Shown: positions 39,506-51,276, numbered from the stretch's first letter. The stretch is 64,000 nucleotides of DNA from Chlorokybus atmophyticus (GCA_009103225.1 RHPI01002112.1:76283-140282), one strand, 5' to 3'. Made by a program: numbers and translations. Notes: generated from the letters alone by a model not told the origin.

Positions 39506-40011
39506 CCCCACCACCCAACCCCACCGCAGCACCTAACTGCCAGCCCTAAACCACAACCGACTGCACTGGCACAGCATGCGACATTCAGCCACTGACGACC
39601 ATGCGGGCAAGTCGCGACAGCCTTGCACGCAGTTGCGTACTGCTGACGTTGACACTGCAACCCTGGCAACGTCAACAGCAGCAGGGGCGCAGACTGCCAA
39701 GAGAGAAGCAGGGCGGCGGGTGGAGAGAGAGCGAGAGAGCAGAGGGAGGGGGAGTCCGTCTGCTTTGTGCTGCTGCCACAACTACAGCCACACCGGTGCC
39801 TAACTGTGGGGACTCTATTTGTGTACAGGTAACTACGCATGCATGTTGACTAACGGGGCAAGGGCTTAGCGAAAGTAGCTACCTAGTTTGTATAGGTAGC
39901 CCGGTGGTGTAAGAAGTTGTTTGCTGGCGTGTGCAAGTGTGCGCGTGTGTGTGCATGTCATGTTCACAATGCAATGGGGTCACATGCATAGCATTGCATA
40001 TATGTTACACA
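39506..40011 (+). repeat. PLE 3' terminal direct repeat (pseudo-LTR)
   Basis: Near-identical to 35748-36253. Confidence 0.92.
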
Positions 40012-40502
40012 GCCATGGCACGACGAAAGAGAGTGATATGCGCTGCTTTGCTCTGTGCGTGTGGATGCATGCTGCGCGCCGATGCGCAACCCTAACAAAG
40101 CGATGCAGTCTCGGCAGGGCGCACGAGGCAGTGCGTGGAGGCCGGGGATGTGGTCGGAGACGAGGGCGGAGTCCACGGAGTCTGCTGATGCTGCACGCAT
40201 GGGATGGATGAGCCGCTGACAAACAGCCGGGGTGAAGGTAACAAGGGCTGCACATGCATGCTTGCATGACCAATAGGGTGGGGTAGGAGTAGAGTAAGTA
40301 AGGTAGCTAGCCCGATGGTCGAACATGTGTGAAGTAGGTGAGTATATATGCCGTTGACGTGTGTTGTACATCATGTGGAAACGTATGCGCTGCACTATTG
40401 CATGCACGCAATAGCGTCTTGTATTTCCTGTACACATTTTCGTAATTTCTTTGTAATAGGTGGCTTTTTGAACACATGCAGTCAAGGCGTATGTCGTTGC
40501 TA

Positions 40503-42151
40503 GGTTGGCTTAGTTACTAACTGTATTGTAGCTAAGCACTAACACTAAAGCTGGCTGTGGTGAGTCGTGTGCTTTGCGTTGAGAGTTGCGTAAATGCCTA
40601 CCACAGTCTTGCTGACTCACTGCGTGAGGTGCTGCGTCGTTATTATAGGGTCTTACACTGCGCTAAAGACCTACCGTCCTAGACGACGGCGCCAGTGCCA
40701 CACGCCATTTGCACATGAACGCACAGCATTCCCGCCTTCACACATCCTGCTCCCTCACGCTTGGCTGTTGCTGTTGCTTGTGCCGCTCTGCTGGAGTTGT
40801 TACATTGCGCATGTGCATGTGTGCACAGGTTGGTTGGTTGCTTGCTGCTCGTTTGCTGCTTGCCACTGCATCCTGCTCCACCCCGCCTAGAGAACCTAGT
40901 GTATGTAGTGCACATAGTTGTAAAGCCCCTGTGGTAATTGAAGTGTTGTGCTTGGGCCTGTCGTGATTTTTGGTTTGCTTGCTGCTTGTGGTGCTGCTTG
41001 TGATGCGTTTTTATTTCTTCTTTGCCCTACGATTCATACCTTATGCAACTTGCCCCGGATCCTAATGTTGGAGGGCATAACGGCACCTTATAGCTTGATT
41101 GCCTTACTCTCACTGCCGGTGGCCTGTCTTTGCTACATGTAGCAAAGACCATTAAGGGATTGTGCGTGCTTCTGTTTACCTGTGTTTGCTTGTTCTGTTC
41201 TGTTGTGGTGCCGTTGTGAGATGCTGCATTGTCATTGTATGAGTGAACCAGGGGCTTCGCATGCTTTGCACTTATCTGCACAATTGCACGCATATAGCTC
41301 CTGCTGTTCGATAACCATGATACAAGATTGGGAGGTGGTGAACGTGTGCAAGGTGGTGTGATGAGGTGCCGGATAAGAGATACACATCGGGTAAGTAAAG
41401 GTGAGTTGCATGTGAACCTGTGAGGGGAGCAGCATGGTCTGCCCTCATGCAGTCAAGTCGTATGGCACTGCTCGGTTGGCTTTATTGCTAAGTCATTGCT
41501 AACCACTAACCTTGACGCTGCCCGTGGTGAGTCGCGTGCTGCCAATTGAAAATTGCGTAACTGCCTTTAATCATGATGATTCACTACGTGAGGTGATGCG
41601 TTGCTATGATGGAATCCTACATTGCGCCGCTACAAACCAACCGCCCTCATCGACGGCGCCAGTCCCACACGCCATTTGCACATGACTACGTAATCAATGC
41701 TTGGCGTGCTTGGCGTGCTTACACATTTGCTTTGTCCGCCATTGTGAGCTTAACTTTGACTTTGCTTGTTTAAGCAACTCTACCATTGGTTATACATGCA
41801 CAGCACTCCCGCCTTCACACTCTGCTCCCTCACGCCTGGCTGCTGCTGTATCTTTTACCTGAACGCCTGGCTGTTGCTGTTGCTTTTGCGCCGCATTTAC
41901 CTGAAGTGCTACCTTGCGCCTATGCATGTGTTCTCAAGGTGGTTGGTCGGTTGCTTCCCGCTTTCTGCTTGCCATTGTCTCCCACTGCAGTGCCTCGCCT
42001 ACATTTCATAGTGCATGTAGTGCACATAGTTGTAAATCCCTGGTGACAATTGCATTGCTCTTGCCAGAGCATGTCTTGGTGTCTTGTTTGCTTGCTGCTT
42101 GTGGTGCATTGGATTGCTTCTTTGCCCTAAGACTTATACCTTATACATTGT
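40503..42151. repeat. Diverged direct duplication (about 40503-41052 vs 41474-42151)
   Basis: Shared blocks such as GTGGTGAGTCG.GTGCT, GACGGCGCCAGT.CCACACGCCATTTGCACATGA, CCCGCCTTCACAC..CTGCTCCCTCACGC and CTTCTTTGCCCTA...ATACCTTAT. Confidence 0.75.
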
Positions 42152-43281
42152 CATGATGCATTATTCGGGCACTTTGCATGCTCTCTTCACGTATATAAAA
42201 ACTTGATGAAGGTGTAAGTTCAAGGTGCGTGCAATGATCCATTGCACTTGTGGTATCATGATGCCATGTTGCATGAGGCCTTCATGCAGTTGCTTCACAT
42301 GTTGGTCAAGTCGTTTGTGGCTGCTGCCTCCTGCTGCTCCACACTTGCATTGCGTCGCACATAGAGCACTTAGCTTAGTGTAGGCTGAATGACGATCCCG
42401 AGTGTAATAATTGTGTTGGCTGATGGATGCTAGCTTGTCCTGGTGTGTTGAGCATTTGCAAGTGAGCATGTGCATGTAATCTTTGATGACTATGATGTAT
42501 ACCTTGCAAGATGCAAGATAACGTAATGATACCATATCTTGGCGCGAACCTTGTTAAGTAGCTTTTTGATTGAATGTATCTGATAACTCATATCACTTGA
42601 GCTTAAGTACCTCAAATGGCCTAATTTTGCTTTTTAAAAGTTGATATTTACAAACGTATGAAACTGTACATGTTGGATAATTAACATGCCCAACTTGCTC
42701 CGATTGTGCATGTCCCATCGTAAGTGCGGTGCACAATATACTCATCTCGACGAAACCTACCCTATACTTGCAATTGCATTGATTGGATTGCTTAGCAGTA
42801 CGTGAACGAACAACAATCAACGACACTGATGTACTCAATTTTGTAATAATAACGGGATATCGCATGAACAGTTTGCGTCCTTACGATACTGTGTTCCGAT
42901 TGATTGTGCTTACCGCAAGCGGTCAGCCCTCAGATCCGACGGGCACACAGCCCTTCTCGCGACGCGCGGTTGTGAGATCGGACGCTCGCCGTGCGACATA
43001 AAGAATGACATGCGCCTTGTGAAAAGTGACGCGCGTTGATGAATAGCGTCGTCACTGGATACATTATTGCGAATTGCGAAAAGACTATGCTGCCCCCTTA
43101 AATCCAACGGCTGCTCCTTTTGCCACGTGACGTTCGTCAGAGCATCGTAATTGAAAAAGGTTATTCTGGTATCAGGCCGCCGTAATCAAGTAAAATTGAG
43201 CAATAAAAAGACGCATTTTAAGTTAAGGTGCATTCCCCCTGCATCCAACAGCCGCTTCTTTCAGCATGCGACGCTTGCCAG

Positions 43282-43811
43282 TGTAATGGGAGCAATAATA
43301 ATACGGGTATTATTGCTACCTAAATAACACATTTTGTATGTAATAAGTATCTAAATATGCTTATTTATACCTCTTTTCTACGGTTCCTCGCTTATTGAAG
43401 GCTATGATGCTTTATCATAGCTTAAATAAGAGTCCCAATGGGTGTAGAACCGCTTATTCAAGCCTATTTAATGTCACATTTGACAAAATGTGATCACTAT
43501 CTCGTTAAGTACCTTACGATATGTATCTTTTGTTAGGTGCCTTATCGATAGGTACCTTATCTGAGCTGTGATTGGCTCACGCTAGATTTCCTAACTACCC
43601 TATCTGTATGGTCGATGTCTAATTGTGAGTTAATTATCGAGAGGTATATAGTTAATATACTCTTAATATAAATGGTCACATTAAACTGTTGTGGGGACTT
43701 TTCAGTTCTCTGCTCAGTGGCGGCCACGCCATTAAAAGGTTTATCATAGGCGGTGTGGGTGTTGGGGTAGAGGATTGAAGGGGCATCACCGGCGACGGTG
43801 AGGCTGTTACA
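43282..43811 (+). repeat. 5' LTR, copy 1
   Basis: TGTAATGGGAGC...GCTGTTACA, homologous to the other three LTRs. Confidence 0.95.
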
Positions 43812-44358
43812 TTTGGCCTGGAGATCGGGACTTGGTTGGGACAGTTTTGGGGAGGTTCTAGGATAATCTGTTTCCAAACACTGTTAGTCTGAAACTCTCC
43901 CCCTTTGGCTTCGGCCTGGAGGTTGGGACTTGGTTGAGGACAACACAGGGTTAGGACATTCTGGTCCCATTCAGACATGTTTGATTGGTGACACTCCAGA
44001 TGCAACCTTTCCTGTTTTGAGACTGGTTTGGACTCTGTTTGGGACTTTTACAACTTGGGGTCATTTTGATCCTCTCGTTGAACCTGGTCCATTGGTGAGG
44101 TTCTCACCATTCCATTTTGCCTGTTTTGCAGACAAATGGAAGAGAACTCGGTGCCCACCTCAAAGGGGAAAGCTTGCAAAAAGAGCATTTATCCCGTGAG
44201 GAGGAGTTTCCATCCAGGGAGAATATTTCCAACCCGGATGATGCACCTAATGAGTCTCATGCTGCTAAGGATGTGGATGGCTTGGTGGAACCAGACGGAC
44301 CACCACCACCACCATCATTCATGCAGCCTGAAATCTCAATTCGCTTGACAAACAGGAG

Positions 44359-45300
44359 TTGTTGGACCATTTTCTTGGCACCTATGATGAGGAGCCTCGT
44401 GAGGCAAATGTCTCACTTGTCAACTTCCTCTTTCATGTGGCGGAAAAGATCTCAAAGCTCACCACCTTTATGGGGCGAGATTGGGAGGAATCAATGGGTG
44501 AAGGCAAACGTGTTCTGAATATGATCGAGCGCCTTCAACGCTCTGACAGTGGTCCACCTGTTCAGGCGCTTGCTCAACCTGCCGATTTTGTTCCCAACAA
44601 ACAAGCGGCAATTTTCGACTGGCTCGTGAAGCTGAGACACTATGTCAACTCCCTTCACAAGTCTAAGGAGGGGAAGTTGCGTGTAGCTGAGTTGCTGATC
44701 CCAAACGGTGCTCTGGCAGAGTGGTACCGCCGTAAGCAGAAGGATACCAACCTCGGGCGGGAAGTGAATCAGTTGTGCTCTTTCATGGAGCAGCGCTATG
44801 GTGGCGCAGATCCAGCCCAGGTTGCTCGCAACCAGTTGCACAATCTGCGTCAGCACGGGCGTCCGGTTCAACAGTATATCCAGGATTTGCAGTCGTTTGT
44901 CAGCAGAATTAATGCTGGCAAACTACCTATCAGTGATGCTGATCAGCTGGATATGTTCAGGCGGGGCCTGGACACAGATCTCGTGCAGCATGTGGCCGTC
45001 AACCCCGGAAGTTTACAAGAGTGGGCCTCGACGGATTTACCAATGCTGATGCAGATGGTTGCTGCTGTGGACAGTGTAGAGCGCTTTCACGCAAACATGC
45101 AAACCACAGCAAAAGAGGCAGCCCCGGTTTCAGCTGCAAAGCGCCCGGCCACCGACGACAAACCTTTTCTGAAAAAGGCAAAAACATCTCAGCCTGCTGG
45201 CCCCTACAACGCGGCCAAATCCACCATCACTTGCAGTTTCTGCAAGAAGACAGGTCATGGGGAGGCCAAGTGCTATGCAAAGCAGAATGCACATAAATAG
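44359..45300 (+). CDS. gag: gag, copy 1 (the true start may lie upstream)
   Basis: Capsid-like region (WLVKLRHY, A.WYRR, ARNQLHNLRQ) and zinc knuckle CSFCKKTGHGEAKC; ends in TAG. Confidence 0.88.
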   Translation: MLDHFLGTYDEEPREANVSLVNFLFHVAEKISKLTTFMGRDWEESMGEGKRVLNMIERLQRSDSGPPVQALAQPADFVPNKQAAIFDWLVKLRHYVNSLHKSKEGKLRVAELLIPNGALAEWYRRKQKDTNLGREVNQLCSFMEQRYGGADPAQVARNQLHNLRQHGRPVQQYIQDLQSFVSRINAGKLPISDADQLDMFRRGLDTDLVQHVAVNPGSLQEWASTDLPMLMQMVAAVDSVERFHANMQTTAKEAAPVSAAKRPATDDKPFLKKAKTSQPAGPYNAAKSTITCSFCKKTGHGEAKCYAKQNAHK

Positions 45301-48300
45301 GAATTGTCCGCAATTGGTAGCTTAGTCGAGCAGAACGACGTTAAAAACCCTGTACTTCTTGATAAAGTTTCCTCTCTTTGTGATGTATCAGATGTATGGA
45401 CTGATATGAGCACACCACCTGTGTTGACAATTGCAAACGGTTGTGTTTTATTCAATGTTCCATTCTCTGAATTGGTAATTGCTATTAAGCACTTACACGA
45501 GTTGCAATTACAACATGCTGTCACTGAATGCGTAGTTATCCCTCGGTATCATGGCCCGTGGTCGCGATTGCTGCAAGGGGGAGAAGTAATTATGCAACTC
45601 TTACGCAAGGATACAGGAGCTTCACCGTTGCAAGTGATCTTTATCAAGCCTGCTACCAATCACGGCACTCCGACATTAGCTACATCTGATGGTCACTCAG
45701 TGCCACTCAAGTGAAGATTTGAGAGTCAATTTATGGGCACACCATGTACAGCGTTTATTGATACTGGTGCAAACCATAACTTTGTTGAACATGACTGGGT
45801 GAAACGAAATAACATACCTTTCACACCAATCACGTCGTATGTACGTGCTGCTGGTTCCACCCTCAATGCAATTGGGGAGGTGAAGGGGCGTTTTGTTATT
45901 AGCAGCCACAAGACTCCACCAACTTTCATCGTGGTGGATATAGGCATTCCCGGGGTGGATGTTTTGGGTGAACAATGGCACACCGAAGCAGGTTTGCAAT
46001 TGGACTCTCGAGCAAATACGTGCATCCTCTGTAAGGGTAAACGTAAGGCGACGTTAATCGCACCTGTACTCGCACATGTTGCTCGCGACAATGTTCCGCT
46101 CTTTCCTGCTATGCAACTGAAACATTGCATACGCAAGCGTGAGAAAGTATATTTGATGCACTTACGACAGGTAGAGACACCTATTGAACAGGCCGTATCT
46201 GACCCTGTGGTGCAATCACTTACGGAACAATACGCAGATGTATTTCAGGATGAACTCCCAGAGTTGCCTCCTGATAAAAAACATACATCATACCATTCTG
46301 TTGGAAGAGGGGGCAAAGCCACCTTAGCGGCCTATCTATAGGGTGAGTCCCTTAGAACACGCGGAAATGGAAAAACAGCTCAAAGAGTTATTGTACAAAG
46401 ATTTATTAACAACGAGCATATCTCTTTTTGGTGCACCAATTTTGTTTGTGCCCAAAAAGAATGGCAAGCTACGCATGTGTATTGATTACCGTGCGTTAAA
46501 CAAACTAACTGTGAGAAACAGATTCCCTTTGCCTCGGATTGATGATTTGTTTGATAAGCTATCAGGTGCAACAGTGTTCATCACACTGGATTTGACCAGT
46601 GGTTATCATCAAACCAAAATCCACCCGTCGGATATACAAAAAACTGCATTCGCACCCCACTATGACACTTTGAGTATAAAGTGTTACCATTTGGGTTAAC
46701 AAATGCACCGGCTACATTTCAGACAGCAATGAACGCGGTATTTGCTGATGAATTGTACAAGTTTGTACTGGTAGATCTAGACAACATTATCGTGTTCAGC
46801 AAAACCCGGGAGGACCACCATAGGCATGTGGAATTGGTTCTAGCTAAGTTACGCGAACACAAATTCTATGCCAACCTGTCCATATGCAACTTTGCAAAGG
46901 AACTACCCTGAACTACCCTTTTTAGGGCATGTAATTGGCAAAGAAGGATTGAAACCAGATTCTCAAAAGGTGTGTGCGGTGAAGGATTGGCCACCACCCA
47001 AGGATGTACATCAGTTACGTGCTTTTTTGGGGCTAGCCAATTATTTCCGCAAGTTCATGATAGCATATTCTAGCATGGCAAATTCTTTAACATCTTTACT
47101 AAGAAAAGATGTTAAATTTGTGTGGACGGAGGCACACGAGGTTGCTTTTACTCGCATTAAAGATGCATTAACACAAGCCCCTGTGTTAGCCTTCCCCGAC
47201 CACACCAAGCCTTTTGTGGTGATCAGCGATGCTTCCACCATTGGGTGTGGGGCAGTCCTTCTACAAGATGACAGACCATGTGCATATGAAAGCAGAAAGT
47301 TCATTCCTGCTGAACGTAATTACACAACCACTGAGCAGGAATTGCTCGGGGTGGTGCACGCGCTGCGCACATGGCGTTGCTACTTGGAAGGGGTGGAGTT
47401 TTCAGTGATTACTGATCACAACCCGCTCACATTCTTTCATACGCAACAAAATCTGTCGAGGCGGCAAGCTAGATGGAATGAATTCATTTCTCGTTTCACT
47501 TTCACTTGGCAATACCGTCTGGGTCGCACCAATGTGGCGGATCCACTAAGTCGTAGCCCTGCTCTTTTGGCACTTACGCGCTCTCGAAATACGCGTAATG
47601 TACAACAGCCTGAAGATCCTTTCTTGAAAGAAGTGTCCACAGGTTATGACTCAGATGATTGGTTTAGCAGTCGAACCAACTTGCAACAGCTTATTGCTAT
47701 TGTTAGCAATCTGTGGTATAAAGGGGAGCAGTTGGCAATTCCCAACTCGGGCGACTTGCGTAAGCAATGCTTACATTCAGTGCATGACCCGCCATATGCT
47801 GGGAATTTGGAAAACAACAAAACACTTAAAGCTGCGCAACAGTTATACTGGTGGCCGTCAATGTCAGTTGGTGTGGATTAATATGTTCGCACATGTAACG
47901 TGTGTCAACGTAATAAGCCACTACGACAAAAACAAGCGGGACTGCTTGAACCATTAGTAATTCCAGAACAAAAGTGGGATATTGTCAGTATGGAATTGAT
48001 TGCTGACCTACCTGAAACGGCCAGATACACTGTTATTGTGGTTTTTGTTGTCCGTTTGTCCAAAATGGTGCATTTTGCCCCGTGTTGCTCAACTGTGAGT
48101 GCACGGGACTTGGCACATTTATTTGTGTCCACGGCCTTCGAGTTCACGGTGTACCGCATGAACTTATCATAGATCATGATCTTCAAATTGTCTGCAAGTT
48201 TTGGAGAGAAGTCTGTGAATTGTTGGGGGTAAAACAAAGCATGTCGATTGCTTTCCACCCGTAAACGGACGGACGAATTGAGCGAGCAAATTAAATACTG

Positions 48301-48933
48301 GAAGAAATGCTTCGCCACTATGTGGCTCCTAACCATGCTGTTTGGGACAGGTACTTGCCAATGGCAGAGTTCGCTGTGAACAGCGCGTGGCAGGAAAGTG
48401 TAAAGGAAACCCCATTTTTCTTGAATTATGGGATTCACCTGAACACACCAGCGTCATTGCGTGTACCTCGCAATGCCCTGACTGTACCAGCGGCAAAGGA
48501 ATTTGCCACTGATATGCAAAAAACTTTGGCTCGAGCTAAGCTATGTCTGTCAGAAGCACAGGACAGGCAAAAAGCTTATGCTGATACACATCGAAGAATG
48601 GCCACTTTCGATGTCGGCAATAAAGTTTTGCTTACCGCAAAGAACATAACCATTAAAGGTACGGATGCCCGCAAGTTGCTGCCCCGATGGTTAGGTCCTT
48701 TCTCTATCACTGATGGAATTGGTACGCACGCTTATCGACTGCAATTGCCCCCAAGTGTGCGTATACACAACGTATTCCATGTGAACTTGTTGAAACCTTA
48801 CTGCTCAGACGGTAGAACACAGCCTCCACCACCGCTAGTTGAAGTGGACAGCGAGTTCAAATACGAGGTGGAAGCTATATTGAACCATAAGCTAAATAGT
48901 CGAGGACGCGCAACTCGCTATCTGATGAAATGA
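45301..48933 (+). pseudogene. pol: pol, copy 1: MTase-like segment, PR, RT, RH, IN, chromodomain; several stops and frameshifts
   Basis: Motifs [48 protein letters not shown] are spread over broken ORFs. Confidence 0.92.
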
Positions 48934-49181
48934 AAAGGGTATGGCCCAGAACATAACAGTTGGGAGCTTGACAGGCATCTTACGCACTGCCGCGAGTTGC
49001 TTCGAGCTTATTGGGATTCACGTCCTGTCCCATAAACTGTGGGCTTGGTTTTATGACAGACTGGCAGTGCAGTTTCATTACCACCCTGTCATTTCCTGCT
49101 ATCTTACTGGTTACAATTACTCGAACCAAGCCTGATCAACTTGAGTTCAACGAGGACGTTGAAAACCTAAGTGGGGGGGAA

Positions 49182-49699
49182 TGTAACGGGAGCAATAATA
49201 ATAGGGGTATTATTGCTACCTGAATAACACATTTTGTATGAATAAGTACCTAAATATGCTTATTTATACCTNAAATATGCTTTTTATACCTCTTTTTTAC
49301 GGTTCCTCGCTTATCAAAGGCTATGATGCTTTATTATAGCTTAAATCTCAATGGGTGTAGAACCGCTTATTCAAGCCTATTTAGTGTCACATTGGATAAA
49401 ATGTGATCACTATCTCGTTGGGTACCTTATGATAGGTACCTTATCTGAGCTGTGATTGGCTCACGCTAGATTTCCTAACTACCCTATCTGTAGGGTCGAT
49501 GTCTAGTTGTGAGTTAATTATCGAGAGGTATATAGTTGATATACTCTTGATATAAAAGCTCACATCAAACTGATGTGGGGACTTTTCAGTTCTTTGCTCA
49601 GTGGCGGCCACGCCGTTCGTCGAAAGGCTTGTCATAGGCGGTGTGGGTGTTGGGGTCGAGGATTGAAGGGGCATTACCGGCGACGGTGGTGCTGTTACA
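49182..49699 (+). repeat. 3' LTR, copy 1
   Basis: Follows the PPT; TGTAACGGGAGC...GCTGTTACA. Confidence 0.95.
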
Positions 49700-50115
49700 G
49701 CCAGAGCGTCGTGACCGAAGAAGGCTATTATGGTATTAGGTCATCGTAATCAATCAAAATCGAGATCCAAGAAAACGCGGTTATATAAAAGTACTTTGCC
49801 CCGTGAACCTAGCGGCCGCTGCTTTCGTTACGCGACGCTTACCAGATCATCGTGATTAAAGAAGGCTATCATGGTATAGTCGCCGTAGTCAAGGGACAAA
49901 AAGTGATTGTCAAGTGCTTGCCCCCCTCAAGCGCGTCAGAGCATCGTGACCGTGGATGTTGATGATATGGGTATATTGATGGTTGTATGTTTCATGCTTG
50001 TAGCTTGTCAATTGATTGTGTGGTTTCTTTAAGTGCAAGGAAAGTCATGATGGATGGTATATTTTATATATGTTATTGAATAGAACCATACACGTATTTG
50101 GGATACGTTGTGACA

Positions 50116-50156
<41 letters not shown>

Positions 50157-50246
50157 NCTTTAAGTGCAAGGAAAGTCATGATGGATGGTATATTTTATAT
50201 ATGTTATTGAATAGAACCATACACGTATTTGGGATACGTTGTGACA

Positions 50247-50291
<45 letters not shown>

Positions 50292-51119
50292 TCTTTGTAT
50301 TGTCACCATTATAATTTATGACATTACCTATCGATACTATGAAGATCACACTTTGTAAAATTTTTGATTGCATCAGGTATAGTTGTGTATATAATTATGT
50401 TCAATATTTGTAAATGCACATGCAAACATTACATCTTACGATTTTACATATCTGCTAATCATTACCAATATAAGGTTAACATTTTATTACTATCCAATGA
50501 AGGTCCATGTGGTGCACGTGGCTGTGCTCATTTTCACATTGTGATGTGCATACATTGGAGTAGGTTGATTAAGGATGTCCTTTGCACGGCCTCGATCGCT
50601 TTACGGCTTGATGCAACGGTTTTGTAACTGATTGCAACGAGCCAATCAGATATTGGTCGCTAACGTGTAGTAGAAAACCGGAGGCTATGACGGGCGCAAT
50701 TATCTTATTGGTCGAACGGCTAACGATAAACAACTCGATCACCCGAGCTACCGTTAACATGGAGTAATGTAAGCTTATGGTGAGCATCACCGCTGGTTGG
50801 TACTGTTGCAACAATCATGAACTCGTTGATGAAGATTAACAAAGTATCAGTTGACGTCATACTTGCGTCAGTTTGCGAAGCTTCTACAAAAATGACATTA
50901 TCGTAGCCATTTGTAGACAATAGATCTGACCGCTGTAGTCAAGTCTCAGCAGTATTTAGGCAGCAGCTGTCCAAAGACAGTTGTGTCTCAGTCTGTTAAT
51001 TGTCGTGGTTGTGAGCAGTAGTAAGAGACAGACTAACTGTGCTTAACGTGTAATAAAAGTGCCGATTATGAACTATGTGTTTTGATCGATTACATGCTGG
51101 TGCTATACTGCACGCCCGT

Positions 51120-51211
51120 CACTTGGTTGGAGCAGCACTCAGAGACGGTCTCCGTGTGAGGAGAGCTACTCCTCACACGGAGACCGTCTCTGAGTGCTGC
51201 TCCACCAAGTG
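51120..51211. repeat. Perfect inverted repeat, 35-bp arms (51129-51163 / 51169-51203), 5-nt loop, 8-bp extension past one bulge
   Basis: GGAGCAGCACTCAGAGACGGTCTCCGTGTGAGGAG-agcta-CTCCTCACACGGAGACCGTCTCTGAGTGCTGCTCC. Confidence 0.97.
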
Positions 51212-51276
51212 TCTCAAGGAAAACTTAGCGTGTGAGGAGTAGAACACTTCGGTTTCAGTGGGAGAGGTGTGAGAGA

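Larger units (their letters stand above)
35748..40011 (+). mobile_element. Penelope-like retroelement with N-terminal GIY-YIG (Chlamys/Naiad-type layout)
   Basis: Flanked by ~506-bp direct repeats; encodes GIY-YIG followed by a PLE-type RT. Confidence 0.88.
43282..49699 (+). mobile_element. Ty3/gypsy chromovirus, copy 1 (decayed; PBS and leader deleted)
   Basis: LTRs 43282-43811 and 49182-49699 (TG...CA); TSD GCCAG at 43277-43281 and 49700-49704; PPT AAGTGGGGGGGAA; gag with CCHC, protease FIDTGA, RT, RNase H, integrase, chromodomain YEVEAILNH. Confidence 0.96.

Noticed and set aside
40679-41680. MACGTGAV in both duplicated units as a Walker A (MACGTGKT)
   Set aside because: The essential Lys is missing and the frames close quickly.
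42660-42740. ALTMGHAQSEQVGHV resembling the Helitron/PIF1 helicase motif AMTINKSQGQSL..V
   Set aside because: The expected following motif (VFSHGQLYVALSR) is absent in all frames I checked; probably chance.
49250-49292. Short duplication inside the copy-1 3' LTR
   Set aside because: It straddles a single N (49272) and is absent from the other three LTRs; an assembly artifact.
50024-50290. Tandem ~133-bp duplication with (TA)n
   Set aside because: The copies are joined at a single N (50157), typical of unmerged contig overlap.
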